DNA of 64,000 nucleotides from a virus. A model generated the notes under the pieces. It saw only the letters and a program-made list of their open reading frames with translations. It was not told where the DNA came from and searched no databases. Position 1 is the first letter of the stretch. Each line of letters opens with the position of its first letter. Where the stretch lies: IMG/VR virus record IMGVR_UViG_3300032893_000016, positions 34,147-98,146 of that record, one strand, 5' to 3'. This document shows, one piece after another, positions 20,633 to 29,853 of the stretch. The translations under genes and the position numbers were made by a program.

Positions 20633-21553
20633 CTATCCGATCACGTTGGCACAGGCAAGGATAACCTGCCCAATACCATCACCCTTGTACATGACCTTGC
20701 CAAAGGCTTCGAGAACAGCAAGCGAGCGCGCGGCTTTTTTGGTGGTGTCGGCACCCAGCGCGACTTTCGTATGATAGCCGATCACAACCCGGCGTATACT
20801 TTCCGGGTCGAGGTCCTTCATCTTTTCAACCAGTGCCATGATCTGCTTGTAATTGGAACTCTGCAACAGCAGCCGGGCCAGCTCAAAAGCCTCCGGCGCA
20901 TTGGTCGCGGACTGCAGGAGCTCGGCTGCTTCTTCAACAGACCCAGCTTCCATGCAAATGTTCAGGTTCGACAGGGCCTGCCGGGGGCTGCCATTTGCCT
21001 CGTCGGCGCACAGCCCAATGATCTCCCCGCCGACCTTGTCGGTCAGGATATTTTCTTTGTCAGCAATGGTGCACAGGAAATTGTACAGCTCATCGCCCGT
21101 CAGGTCGCGCAAAGCGTACGAGGCAAAGCGGGTCTTGATGCTGGCCTTCAGCTTCGTCGGCGCTGTCGTACAGAAGAACCAATAAATCCACGGGGGCGGC
21201 TCTTCGAGCGATTTCAGCAAGGAATCCAGCGCTTGGCCGGACAAGCCTTGGCACTCATCAATAATGATGGCGCGCGAACCGGACAGCCTATAGTTCAGCG
21301 TGGAAGTGATCTTCCGCATTTCGTCGATACCGGTGTTCGACGCTGCGTCAATCTCAAGGATGCCTTCATCGGGAACCCCGAACGCGCGGGCAGTAATGCG
21401 GGCCAAGGTCGTCTTGCCTGTGCCGGCGTTGCCTGTGAACATGAACCCTTGGGCGGACTTCTTGGCCACGACGGCCTTGAGAGATTTGACCGCGGCGTCC
21501 TGCCCTACCACCTCATCAAAGGTCTTCGGACGATATTTCGTAATCAAGCTCAT
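20633..21553 (-). CDS. Clamp loader, DNA polymerase III gamma/tau-like AAA+ ATPase
   Basis: KYRPKTFDEVVGQ, GTGKTT, EIDAAS, IIIDEC, LLKSLEEPP. Confidence 0.92.
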   Translation of the reverse strand: MSLITKYRPKTFDEVVGQDAAVKSLKAVVAKKSAQGFMFTGNAGTGKTTLARITARAFGVPDEGILEIDAASNTGIDEMRKITSTLNYRLSGSRAIIIDECQGLSGQALDSLLKSLEEPPPWIYWFFCTTAPTKLKASIKTRFASYALRDLTGDELYNFLCTIADKENILTDKVGGEIIGLCADEANGSPRQALSNLNICMEAGSVEEAAELLQSATNAPEAFELARLLLQSSNYKQIMALVEKMKDLDPESIRRVVIGYHTKVALGADTTKKAARSLAVLEAFGKVMYKGDGIGQVILACANVIG

Positions 21554-24132
21554 GCGGCCAGCTTCCCCTTCCAGGTGTCGGACGCGTACTCGCCCGCCTT
21601 CTTAAGGTCATACCAACTCGGGCCTGCGGACATTTCCACCGTCAAAGGTACATTGACCCAATCGTAATCCGTGTACAGCATCTCGGTAACCACATCCTGC
21701 GCCCATTCATCCGCGCCCTTCTTCTTGCGGAAGAATGTCAAATCGTCATGGATGAACATATTGCACTGGTAATCAAGGCCGCGCTTGGACAGCCGCGTCG
21801 CCGCGCCCATGACGATGAAGGTCTCGCAAGCCTGAATGGGGCTGTTGATGACCTCGTTCATGGACATAGGCGCATGGCGGATCGTGCCATCCAGACTGAT
21901 GACGTATCCATTCTGCTTGTAGAACTTAATGGCGCGCTCCTGCCATTCCTTCACGCCTTCAAAGGTGTACCAGAACTCGTCATACAGCGGGCTGATGACC
22001 TTTTCGGGGATGTCAAGATTGTTGGCCACACTTTGCATGGCCGAGCCAAAGAACAGCGGGAACGTCCAGCCATTCTTTACCACATCGCGGAACTTGCGGA
22101 TCGGATCGTCTTCCAGGTGGAACTCGTCCATACGCCGCGGATATGCCTTGGCCAGCTTCTCGGTCCACTCCAAATGAATGTCATACCGATCCCAAAGCGC
22201 CTTGATGAACGAGCGATCCTGACTGGCCATCGCGATGATGCGCGCCTGAATCTGGCCGTAGTCGAACGCATAACAGTATTCATCCGAGCCGGGTCGTATC
22301 TGCTTGCGGACTTCCTTACCCTCAGCGTCGCGCTTGGGAAAGTTCTGCTCATTGGGGCCATCGGATGATGTGCGCCCCGTCTTGGTGAAGACCGTGTTCA
22401 AGGATGGATGCAGCAGCCCATCCTTCCAATAGTATGCGCCGCCCGGCCCCAGCTCCCGGATATAGGTCGACAGCATCTTCTCGACGCCGCGAAGGTGGAC
22501 AATCTTGTCAAGGCCGGGCAGGTCAATTTCGTTCAGCACGTCTTCATCGGTGGAGTATTTTTCGTTGCCACCGCTATCGGTCTTCCAGCCCTCCTTACAT
22601 TTGTAGACGTCCTTCAGGAGCTTTTCGACATCGTGGTTATTGGTGGGCTTGAACGGCCGCCCGATTACTCTCTTAAACTCTCGCGCAATTTCAGACTTGG
22701 CGATCTCGTCGTGCAGATCGCGTGCAATGTCTTCATATTTATGAAGCAGGTCTTCGTTCTCGTCCGGATCAATAGGCACGCCTTTGAGCTGCGTGAGGAC
22801 GGCTGTTGGAACGCGAGACATCCGCTCGTTGAAATGCTCTTCACGTTTTGCATCCCGTATAAGATCAAACTGTCGAACGCCAAGAAAGTAATGGTACCGA
22901 GTATCGAGCCCATTATAATGTAGAGTATCTTCCAAAGGCTCATTGAGCATGTCCTCCTTGTCCAGCGGGCTTAGAACTTTAAGGTCAAAGCCGAAGTGTT
23001 GGCGCACGAGGAAGTTCAGGGACAGCGGCCCCTGCCTACCCTTCTCGCCGACACGCTCATCGAGCACAGCGGCCTGCACCATCGTGCAAATCCATTCGCC
23101 GGCTCGCAGGATGCTGTGCCCGAACAGGTAGCCAACCCACTCCATTTCAAAGGCCGCATTGTGGACCATCTTGATGACCTTGGAGCACAAGAACGTCTCG
23201 AAGGCATCTCGTATCTTCTCAAACTGCGCTTTCGTCCAGTTCGCCCGCGGATGCTCATAAGGGAAGGCCAGCACCTTCTCGCCCGTGCCAACCGCAATCG
23301 TCAGAAGGCGGCCATCATTGTACGGCCGGACAGTTTCGGTTTCAAAGTCCATGCCGACTGCCCATTGCTCGGCAGCCCATTCAAGGTGTGCGACGATCGT
23401 ATCAACGTCCTCGTCCGTGCCACCCAGCACAATATCGACATTGATGTCGCGCTGGTCCACTTCGTGGTAGTACTGATTGACGTCGGCCCACTCGATCTTG
23501 TCCAGCTCTTTGAAGACGCGCCTTATGTCGAAGTCGAACGCGCGCTCATCCTCATTGTAGATGCCAGCCGCATCGTTCTGCCAATCCTTGCGCTTCTTAA
23601 GGAGCTCGGCCGGGCTGACCACCGGGTATAACCAGCACACATGGCCAGCAATGTTAACCACCGCCCGCCTGCCGCGCCAATCATAGATACGATCGTCGCC
23701 TACGGCCCATTTGAGCGCCGCCTGCCCCACGGCAAGAATGGCCTTGGGCTTGGCAGCGGCAATGTCGCGCTCCACGCTTGGCCTGCAACACTCGACCTCG
23801 TACTTGGCGTCGGTCAGCTTGTTACCGGGCGGGTGCGTGCGCACCACATTGTTGAAGCGGATGTCGCTTTTCCAGTCTTTGGGGATACGCCGGCGTAACA
23901 GCAGCCCCGCCTCCCCGGAGAAGTGGTCGTCCTGTTTATCATCGGTCTTGGACGGGAACTCACCCAGCACATAAAGGAGGGGCTCGGACGCCCCGCTTGG
24001 GGCCATGTGGGGGTGGGCGTTCTTAACCTTATCTAAAGGACAAGCTCTACATTCCAAGCGACGTAGCAATTCCGCGGAAGGTTCTCCCTTCTTGCCCTTG
24101 CCCTTGCCCGTGCCTGAGGCTAGGAAACCCAT
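21550..24132 (-). CDS. Family A DNA polymerase with N-terminal uracil-DNA-glycosylase-like domain and 3'-5' exonuclease
   Basis: CRACPL/GEFP/UDG4-like N-terminus; DFET and HNAAFE exonuclease motifs; TKTGRTSS; motifs A (DYGQIQAR), B (KNGWTFPLFFG), C (IHDD). Confidence 0.92.
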   Translation of the reverse strand: MGFLASGTGKGKGKKGEPSAELLRRLECRACPLDKVKNAHPHMAPSGASEPLLYVLGEFPSKTDDKQDDHFSGEAGLLLRRRIPKDWKSDIRFNNVVRTHPPGNKLTDAKYEVECCRPSVERDIAAAKPKAILAVGQAALKWAVGDDRIYDWRGRRAVVNIAGHVCWLYPVVSPAELLKKRKDWQNDAAGIYNEDERAFDFDIRRVFKELDKIEWADVNQYYHEVDQRDINVDIVLGGTDEDVDTIVAHLEWAAEQWAVGMDFETETVRPYNDGRLLTIAVGTGEKVLAFPYEHPRANWTKAQFEKIRDAFETFLCSKVIKMVHNAAFEMEWVGYLFGHSILRAGEWICTMVQAAVLDERVGEKGRQGPLSLNFLVRQHFGFDLKVLSPLDKEDMLNEPLEDTLHYNGLDTRYHYFLGVRQFDLIRDAKREEHFNERMSRVPTAVLTQLKGVPIDPDENEDLLHKYEDIARDLHDEIAKSEIAREFKRVIGRPFKPTNNHDVEKLLKDVYKCKEGWKTDSGGNEKYSTDEDVLNEIDLPGLDKIVHLRGVEKMLSTYIRELGPGGAYYWKDGLLHPSLNTVFTKTGRTSSDGPNEQNFPKRDAEGKEVRKQIRPGSDEYCYAFDYGQIQARIIAMASQDRSFIKALWDRYDIHLEWTEKLAKAYPRRMDEFHLEDDPIRKFRDVVKNGWTFPLFFGSAMQSVANNLDIPEKVISPLYDEFWYTFEGVKEWQERAIKFYKQNGYVISLDGTIRHAPMSMNEVINSPIQACETFIVMGAATRLSKRGLDYQCNMFIHDDLTFFRKKKGADEWAQDVVTEMLYTDYDWVNVPLTVEMSAGPSWYDLKKAGEYASDTWKGKLAA

Positions 24133-24576
24133 CTAACTGCCCTTCGCAAAGACCATACCCAAAGGATGGCGATGGCTGCCACCATAGTGGTGGCTCGACC
24201 ATGTTTGCGGCTGGAACTGAAAATCAATAGGAAGGCCGGTCTGTGCCCGCAAGCGTTCGGAGATTGCGACGGTTAGAAGCGTCCACTTCGGATCATGCTC
24301 CCAATGGCCACCCCGGCTTAGATCTTTGTACCCCGCATCAGGAAACTCCGCGATGAAGGCTTCATCCTTCATGATGAACCGAACGTCAACGTCACGCCAA
24401 TCAGGCCGGTGCAAGACAGACCCAACTAGGTAGCAGCCGAACCCATCAAAGGCCCGGTTGATCTGAATGCACGCCTGATCGAGTAGGAAATACGTTGGAG
24501 GACCAATGTGGTCAATTTTCTTGCGCCTAGGTGGTATGAGCGGGGGCTCACATGCGTACTTGCCGGGCTTGAACAT
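24133..24576 (-). CDS. Minimal nucleotidyltransferase-like protein
   Basis: YLVGS......WRDVDVR...PIDFQ, the Pol-beta superfamily GS-DxD pattern. Confidence 0.55.
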   Translation of the reverse strand: MFKPGKYACEPPLIPPRRKKIDHIGPPTYFLLDQACIQINRAFDGFGCYLVGSVLHRPDWRDVDVRFIMKDEAFIAEFPDAGYKDLSRGGHWEHDPKWTLLTVAISERLRAQTGLPIDFQFQPQTWSSHHYGGSHRHPLGMVFAKGS

Positions 24577-25700
24577 TAGACCAGCCGAGTTGACGCCAAA
24601 TAGGTGAACGTGCCAATCTGGAAGACGGCCGCCTTGTCGGTCAGCATCATCTTCATGGGATCATCCTTCTTTTTCTTATCGGCATCCTCATCGGGATTGC
24701 TGACGGGCAACACCCGCTTGATGATGGCGGGGTCAACGTTCACCCTGATATTGGGGTGCTTACCGAAGTCCATCCGATCGTCCAGCTCGCCGAGGCCGCT
24801 CTTGGTGTACAGGATGAGCTCCCCGTTCTTGACTTCCATTTCAAGGGTCTCGCCCGGGAGGCCGGCGAGCAGCACGAGCGCCCGCTCGATTGCATTGGGG
24901 AACTGGTCGGGCACTTTCTGGAAGCAGGGCTTGGCCAGCGTGTCATCCATGGTATCGAAGAATTTGTAGGGCTTGTTGACGTTGATCATGCGCCCGAAAA
25001 TGCGGACGCCGTCATCATTGATGGCGTTGACTTCGCTCTCGGAAACGAAAAGCTTGCCGCCCTTCTTGCAGAGCTTCCTGACCAGCTCGCAGAAGTCGGA
25101 GGGGATGCAAACGCGCTTCAGCTTGTAGCCGGAAGGCAGCTTGCCGCGCACTTCCGTAATGCTGGCGCTATCGGTCGTGTAGGCGTACAGATCATCCTTG
25201 TCGGGGATGAACGTGACGCCGAGCTGATCCTGAACCGAAGTGTCGCGGCCCGCCGACAGCATGACCGTTTCCAGCATGACAAGAAAATCATTGCCAATCG
25301 TCCGGGTGGGCTTGCCAGTGACTTCGGGCTGATCCCACACCGAGGCACTCAAGGGGAGCAGCCCGGCCTCCAGCTTGGCACCAGCGGCCTTCATCCGCAT
25401 CAGCGCCCCGTCCTCGCCCTCGACCTCTTCAAAGCTGACCGTGTCGGCCCCGCTGTGGGAAAGGAAGCCGGTGAGCAGCGCCCCATTCATGCCGCCCTTG
25501 AAAGGCGACTTGAAAGGTACCGTGATGCCGATCACATCATTGAAGGCCATCAGCGTGTCGCCGTTAAACCAGACGCACATCAGCGCCTCCAGCGGGCTCT
25601 TGGCCGCTACCGCGGGCGCGACCGTTTCAAGTGCCGCCAGCAAGTCCTTCCGGGGAAGTGTCTTGCCATCATTCGAAGTTGCTTTGCCGCCTCTGGCCAT
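24576..25700 (-). CDS. DNA polymerase III beta-like sliding clamp
   Basis: About 374 aa; LLAALETVAPAV..K...L, QLGV, YTTDS patterns; next to polymerase and clamp loader. Confidence 0.75.
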   Translation of the reverse strand: MARGGKATSNDGKTLPRKDLLAALETVAPAVAAKSPLEALMCVWFNGDTLMAFNDVIGITVPFKSPFKGGMNGALLTGFLSHSGADTVSFEEVEGEDGALMRMKAAGAKLEAGLLPLSASVWDQPEVTGKPTRTIGNDFLVMLETVMLSAGRDTSVQDQLGVTFIPDKDDLYAYTTDSASITEVRGKLPSGYKLKRVCIPSDFCELVRKLCKKGGKLFVSESEVNAINDDGVRIFGRMINVNKPYKFFDTMDDTLAKPCFQKVPDQFPNAIERALVLLAGLPGETLEMEVKNGELILYTKSGLGELDDRMDFGKHPNIRVNVDPAIIKRVLPVSNPDEDADKKKKDDPMKMMLTDKAAVFQIGTFTYLASTRLV

Positions 25701-25896
25701 CATCAAAACCCTTGCGTTGCTTTTTAGGCATACGCGCGAGCTTTTCGGGCCTGCGGTCAGCGGGAATGTCCAATGTACTCTTGACGGGGCTGTGCATATA
25801 GAAGTACGACAGAAGCCAAGCGTTGCCTCCGACACGACGAAGCAGCGGGCACCAAGTCTTCTCACCACGCATGGGAATGGCGTACACTACTCGCAC
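25669..25896 (-). CDS. Small paralogue 3 (LLSY motif)
   Basis: MRVVYA...WLLSYFYM...KKQRKGFDDG. Confidence 0.65.
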   Translation of the reverse strand: MRVVYAIPMRGEKTWCPLLRRVGGNAWLLSYFYMHSPVKSTLDIPADRRPEKLARMPKKQRKGFDDGQRRQSNFE

Positions 25897-26138
25897 GAGT
25901 CCTCCGTTTGCTTGGCGTGTGCAAGGATGGCCTTCACGCGACGTTTATCGTGGGTTGTGTTGCCCCATGTCCCGTTGAACTTCTTGGAGGGCGGGCGGAT
26001 GCCGGTGGCGGAAATGGCCGCCAGCCATTCAGGCTTCCATTCGTGGATGATATAGTGGTACGAATAAAGGCGCGGGCAATCCATTAGCGTCAGGATGCGC
26101 GAGCACCAATCATCGTTCCCAGCGTACAGGATGCGCAT
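25887..26138 (-). CDS. Small paralogue 2 (LYSY motif)
   Basis: MRILYAG...RLYSYHYI...KKFNG. Confidence 0.65.
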   Translation of the reverse strand: MRILYAGNDDWCSRILTLMDCPRLYSYHYIIHEWKPEWLAAISATGIRPPSKKFNGTWGNTTHDKRRVKAILAHAKQTEDSCE

Positions 26139-26377
26139 TACTCAACCTGTCGGGCAGCCGCAAGAACGGCCAGCCTCCGCCGCCGCATGTACGATCCATT
26201 GTCAAAGCCGCGCCGTTTCTTGCCCGACACCTTCTTTTCACCATGCAGGTAATCCTTGAGGTCGGCCTTCTCGGTCACCATGAAATAGTAGGACAGCAGC
26301 CGCGGTAGATCGCCCAGCGCGTTCAGCACTTGGCGTTGATACTCCGCGGTGGGCCAAGTTGCGTACACAAGTTTCAA
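26138..26377 (-). CDS. Small paralogue 1 (LLSY motif)
   Basis: MKLVYA...RLLSYYFM...KKRRGFDNG. Confidence 0.65.
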   Translation of the reverse strand: MKLVYATWPTAEYQRQVLNALGDLPRLLSYYFMVTEKADLKDYLHGEKKVSGKKRRGFDNGSYMRRRRLAVLAAARQVE

Positions 26378-26381
26378 AAGA

Positions 26382-26624
26382 TTACTCGCATTTCAGGAAC
26401 ACCGATGCCAGATAACGGACCTCGGCAAACGGGAACAAAAGTCGCTGCCAATTCCTAGCCTGATTCTCGGAGAAGCAGAACACAGGCGACCCCTTAAAGA
26501 AGATGATACCCATGATGGGGTGAACCAGCCAGTACTTTTCCTTGATGTGAAGCACATGGCCTTCCGACGCAAACTGCGCATCGGGCAACGCCTTGTAAGA
26601 AACTCTCTGATCGTCAGCTTCCAT
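26382..26624 (-). CDS. Hypothetical protein
   Basis: 80-aa ORF inside the modification operon. Confidence 0.55.
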   Translation of the reverse strand: MEADDQRVSYKALPDAQFASEGHVLHIKEKYWLVHPIMGIIFFKGSPVFCFSENQARNWQRLLFPFAEVRYLASVFLKCE

Positions 26625-27462
26625 GGGAAAGCTTCAGCCGGTGGCGGAACACATCTACGCCGGCGTGCTCCTCGAACTTCTTCATAAAGTAGACAATGGC
26701 GCGGGCACGAGCTTCATAATCGTGCGCGCAATCCAGCACCGTAACCCCCACCTCGTTTTCCAGCCAGTTGGATATCATGGCGCGTACCGACGGGCCCATC
26801 AAGAGGAAATGGTCGGAAGGGGTGCCCTTGTCACGATCGGTGGCGCTGATGGTGTGCTTGAGAGGCGCCTCCTTGTAATTGGGCTTTCCGTTCTTGAACT
26901 TGGGGATCAGGATTGATCCGTACGCGGCCGTCTGCGCCCATGACGTTGCGTCGCAGGTCGTCCAAGGGTAGCGGGCCATCAGAGGGAAGCTGCTCATAGC
27001 AAAGCCGTGGGTCTTGACCAGCGGCTTGCCCTTGTGATCGGTCAGATAGGTGAAGCAGGTATCCAGCCAACGCCGGGCCTCAGATGCGCCACACAGATTG
27101 GTCGCCGGGGAAAGGCCGATGTAGGGCTCTCTGTCCTGCAACATGCGCTCCAACCAGAACCAGCGCTCTCCGCGGTGGAACACAGGAATGGGGGAAAGCC
27201 CCGCCTTTTTCATCTTCTGCAGGTTCTGATAAGAGGCGCGGGCACCGGCTTCCGCATCGTCCGCGGTGCGCTTCTTATCCTTCTCGCCGGGAATCACATC
27301 CAGATTGACATAGGTATCAATGTACTGCAGGTTGTCTTTGATGTACTTTATGTAATCGTTCAGGTTGATCTCAGTCTTCTTCGTGAACGCGCTGAAAGCC
27401 CCTGAATCTAACATAATAAAGACTTTTTCCTTTTTGGGCTCTTCGAGCCTAACGCGTGTCAT
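26614..27462 (-). CDS. TGT-fold DNA transglycosylase, DpdA-like (7-deazaguanine insertion)
   Basis: MLDSGAFS, NLDVIP, PIPVFH.GE, HGFA, PWTTCDATSW; clustered with queC, folE, queD. Confidence 0.75.
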   Translation of the reverse strand: MTRVRLEEPKKEKVFIMLDSGAFSAFTKKTEINLNDYIKYIKDNLQYIDTYVNLDVIPGEKDKKRTADDAEAGARASYQNLQKMKKAGLSPIPVFHRGERWFWLERMLQDREPYIGLSPATNLCGASEARRWLDTCFTYLTDHKGKPLVKTHGFAMSSFPLMARYPWTTCDATSWAQTAAYGSILIPKFKNGKPNYKEAPLKHTISATDRDKGTPSDHFLLMGPSVRAMISNWLENEVGVTVLDCAHDYEARARAIVYFMKKFEEHAGVDVFRHRLKLSHGS

Positions 27463-27907
27463 CAGATGCGTAGCTCCGAATATGGAGGCAGGGCACGTTC
27501 AACTCTTGGTACACCTTAATGACTTCGTGCATATCGTCAAAGGCCATCTCAATGAACCAGCCTTCTCTCCGCACCTTATGGACCATCCCCCGCTTAACCT
27601 CGGCCGTCGTTGTGCCCCAGTCGCCATTGGCGCGAGCCAAGATGCGGCTGCCATCAATCGGCACGTCATGCTTGTACAGCCAGTCCTGCATTTCAGGGAT
27701 GGACCCTTCATGCTTGCCGGTAAACAGAAACAACGGATGAACCTTGGCAAGATTGCGCGCCAGCTTCACCATCTGGTAAAGCGGCGGATCACGGTAGAAC
27801 TTCTCGTCCCACTCTTTCCACTCTTTCGCCTTGGCGTGGTGAATGCGATGGCTAGGGTCGGAAAGCGTGCCCTCCATGTCGAACACGTAGCAGGACGGTT
27901 TACCCAT
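27449..27907 (-). CDS. HAD-family phosphatase (polynucleotide kinase 3'-phosphatase-like)
   Basis: FDMEGTL, FTGK, K, AFDD motifs; motif I reads DxE rather than DxD. Confidence 0.75.
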   Translation of the reverse strand: MGKPSCYVFDMEGTLSDPSHRIHHAKAKEWKEWDEKFYRDPPLYQMVKLARNLAKVHPLFLFTGKHEGSIPEMQDWLYKHDVPIDGSRILARANGDWGTTTAEVKRGMVHKVRREGWFIEMAFDDMHEVIKVYQELNVPCLHIRSYASDDTR

Positions 27908-28665
27908 TACAAGTCAGCCCAAAGCTTTCGATGCTTTACAATTACGTACGGAACAATCTCCGCCTTGCGGTTTCCATCGTAATGAGTACCATGCTTCATT
28001 TCGGAAAGGATGGCAAGGTTGGCTTCAACCGAGAGCGGATCAACCTCGTAGGCCTCCGGGATGCCAAGCTGGCCAAAGACACCCCAGCGCCGGAAGCATG
28101 AAATGCAGTGACCGCAAGGCGTCGGCGTGTTGCTGAGGCACGAGTTCGTGTTATGGATTTCCTCCACCGACACGCCACGCTGCAACAAATACTCAACGAT
28201 CGACACCTTGTTCCAACCGCGGGCGGCCAGCGGAAACATGACCTCCAGGTTGGGCTTCATCGTCGTGTAGCTGAGGACCGTAGTCATCATATGACGGAAC
28301 GTGTTATTCTTATCAACCGCCTTGGCGTGGGTTTCACCCGCCAACGCCCCAATCCACAGCTCATCGGGCAAGGTCATGCAAGCCGCAAGCGCCGCCAGCG
28401 CCATGTTGCGACCCGGAATGTAAATATCGCCGGCGAGGCCCATGGTCTTGATCCCATCCTTGGTCTTGCCCAGCCAGTCGACGCGTCGGATATCAGTTTC
28501 GGGCGGGAGGGACCTGATCTCTTTCTCCAAGTAGGGCTGGCCAATGTCGAAGAAGATTGGATGAACTACGACCGGCTCAGCGCCAATGGGGATGTACCCT
28601 TTGCAAAGGTAATACATGGCCAAGCTATCGAGGCCACCCGAGTAAAGGATTGTCACCTTGGTCAT
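27907..28665 (-). CDS. queC: 7-cyano-7-deazaguanine synthase-like
   Basis: PP-loop SGGLDS, IPGRN, zinc motif SC.....CGHCISC. Confidence 0.85.
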   Translation of the reverse strand: MTKVTILYSGGLDSLAMYYLCKGYIPIGAEPVVVHPIFFDIGQPYLEKEIRSLPPETDIRRVDWLGKTKDGIKTMGLAGDIYIPGRNMALAALAACMTLPDELWIGALAGETHAKAVDKNNTFRHMMTTVLSYTTMKPNLEVMFPLAARGWNKVSIVEYLLQRGVSVEEIHNTNSCLSNTPTPCGHCISCFRRWGVFGQLGIPEAYEVDPLSVEANLAILSEMKHGTHYDGNRKAEIVPYVIVKHRKLWADL

Positions 28666-29237
28666 TTGTTGGCCTCCGCCGCCAGCGCCAGAAACTCCGA
28701 GCGAGCCTTGGCATCCTGGAACATTGCACCCCGAAAAGCTGTCGTGGTCGTCCACGTTCCTGCAATGCAGACACCCCGGCTTTCCATGCACCGGTGTCGA
28801 CAGCGCACAAGCACGCCCGCGCCCTTGGCGTCAAGATGCTTGAACAAAGCGTCGACTATCTGATTGGTCATCCGCTCCTGAACTTGCAAACGGTGGGCAA
28901 AAATATCCACCAGCCGCTTCAGTTTGGAAAGCCCCACGATCCCCTTCTCGCCGGGGATGTAGGCAATATGCGCCACCCCAAAGAACGGGGCCATATGATG
29001 CTCGCAGAAGCTATTGACCGGCAGGTTGGCCTGGAAGATCATTTCATCGTAATGATGACCGGCCTCTTCGAAGACCTTGAGGACGTCCTCCGGCTTCTGA
29101 TTGTAGCCGCTAAACCAATGCTTGAAGGCTTTAGCCACACGTACCGGCGTATCCTTTAAGCCCTCACGGTCGAAGTTGCCGGGCTCAATCTGCTCCAGCA
29201 TTGCCCTTACGGCCGCCTGAATTTCAACTTCACGCAC
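28662..29237 (-). CDS. folE: GTP cyclohydrolase I
   Basis: REGLKDTPVRV, SFCEHH, GLSKL, RLQVQE, HRCMESRG. Confidence 0.95.
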   Translation of the reverse strand: MREVEIQAAVRAMLEQIEPGNFDREGLKDTPVRVAKAFKHWFSGYNQKPEDVLKVFEEAGHHYDEMIFQANLPVNSFCEHHMAPFFGVAHIAYIPGEKGIVGLSKLKRLVDIFAHRLQVQERMTNQIVDALFKHLDAKGAGVLVRCRHRCMESRGVCIAGTWTTTTAFRGAMFQDAKARSEFLALAAEANK

Positions 29238-29826
29238 GGATAAACAGGCCCCAAATCTCAGCGTGCCCGGCACGCAACTCAACTGTCTCTACCGGACATA
29301 CGGAACTGAACCCATTAAGCTGCATAAAGTGTACTAACCAGCGCTCATCCCAAATCGTATAGTGGTACTCCCAAAAGGCCCATTCAGACTTCCGATGGGG
29401 CACGGCAATGAAGACAAGGCCATCGTTGGGGTCCAGCATGCTCCGCGCCGCCGCAATGGCAGCATAGGGATTGTAGACGTGCTCCAAAGAATGATTCAGC
29501 ACGACGAGGTCGAACTTCTCATCCTTGAACAAATGGCGCAGGTTGGGATCGGTCATATCCCAGCGCCGGATATCCAGGTTGAACGGATTGATACTGAAAT
29601 GAGTGTCGACGCCCGCCACCCGCCGCACAATGCCCGGGTTCATGGACCGAAGCTGGTTCAGGCAGGTGCCGTAGTCGCACCCCAACTCCAGCACGGACTT
29701 GGGCAGCCCAAAATTGTGCTCGAACAGACGATGTGCAAGCCAGTCCATGCCCTGCCGGGCATAGCTCTCAATCTCCCGCGACCGACCATCATCGTCATGG
29801 TTGTGGTGCGCTGTATGCTCCGGCAT
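29230..29826 (-). CDS. Class I SAM-dependent methyltransferase
   Basis: VLELGCDYG motif I, FDLVVLNHSLEHV. Confidence 0.8.
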   Translation of the reverse strand: MPEHTAHHNHDDDGRSREIESYARQGMDWLAHRLFEHNFGLPKSVLELGCDYGTCLNQLRSMNPGIVRRVAGVDTHFSINPFNLDIRRWDMTDPNLRHLFKDEKFDLVVLNHSLEHVYNPYAAIAAARSMLDPNDGLVFIAVPHRKSEWAFWEYHYTIWDERWLVHFMQLNGFSSVCPVETVELRAGHAEIWGLFIRA

Positions 29827-29853
29827 GATTCCTCCTAGAAGGGCTGGACTAGC

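Noticed and set aside
29230-29826. Methyltransferase as a fibrillarin-like partner of the Nop-domain protein
   Set aside because: Attractive by analogy with box C/D snoRNPs, but it is 19 kb away, coupled to folE and shows no fibrillarin-specific features.
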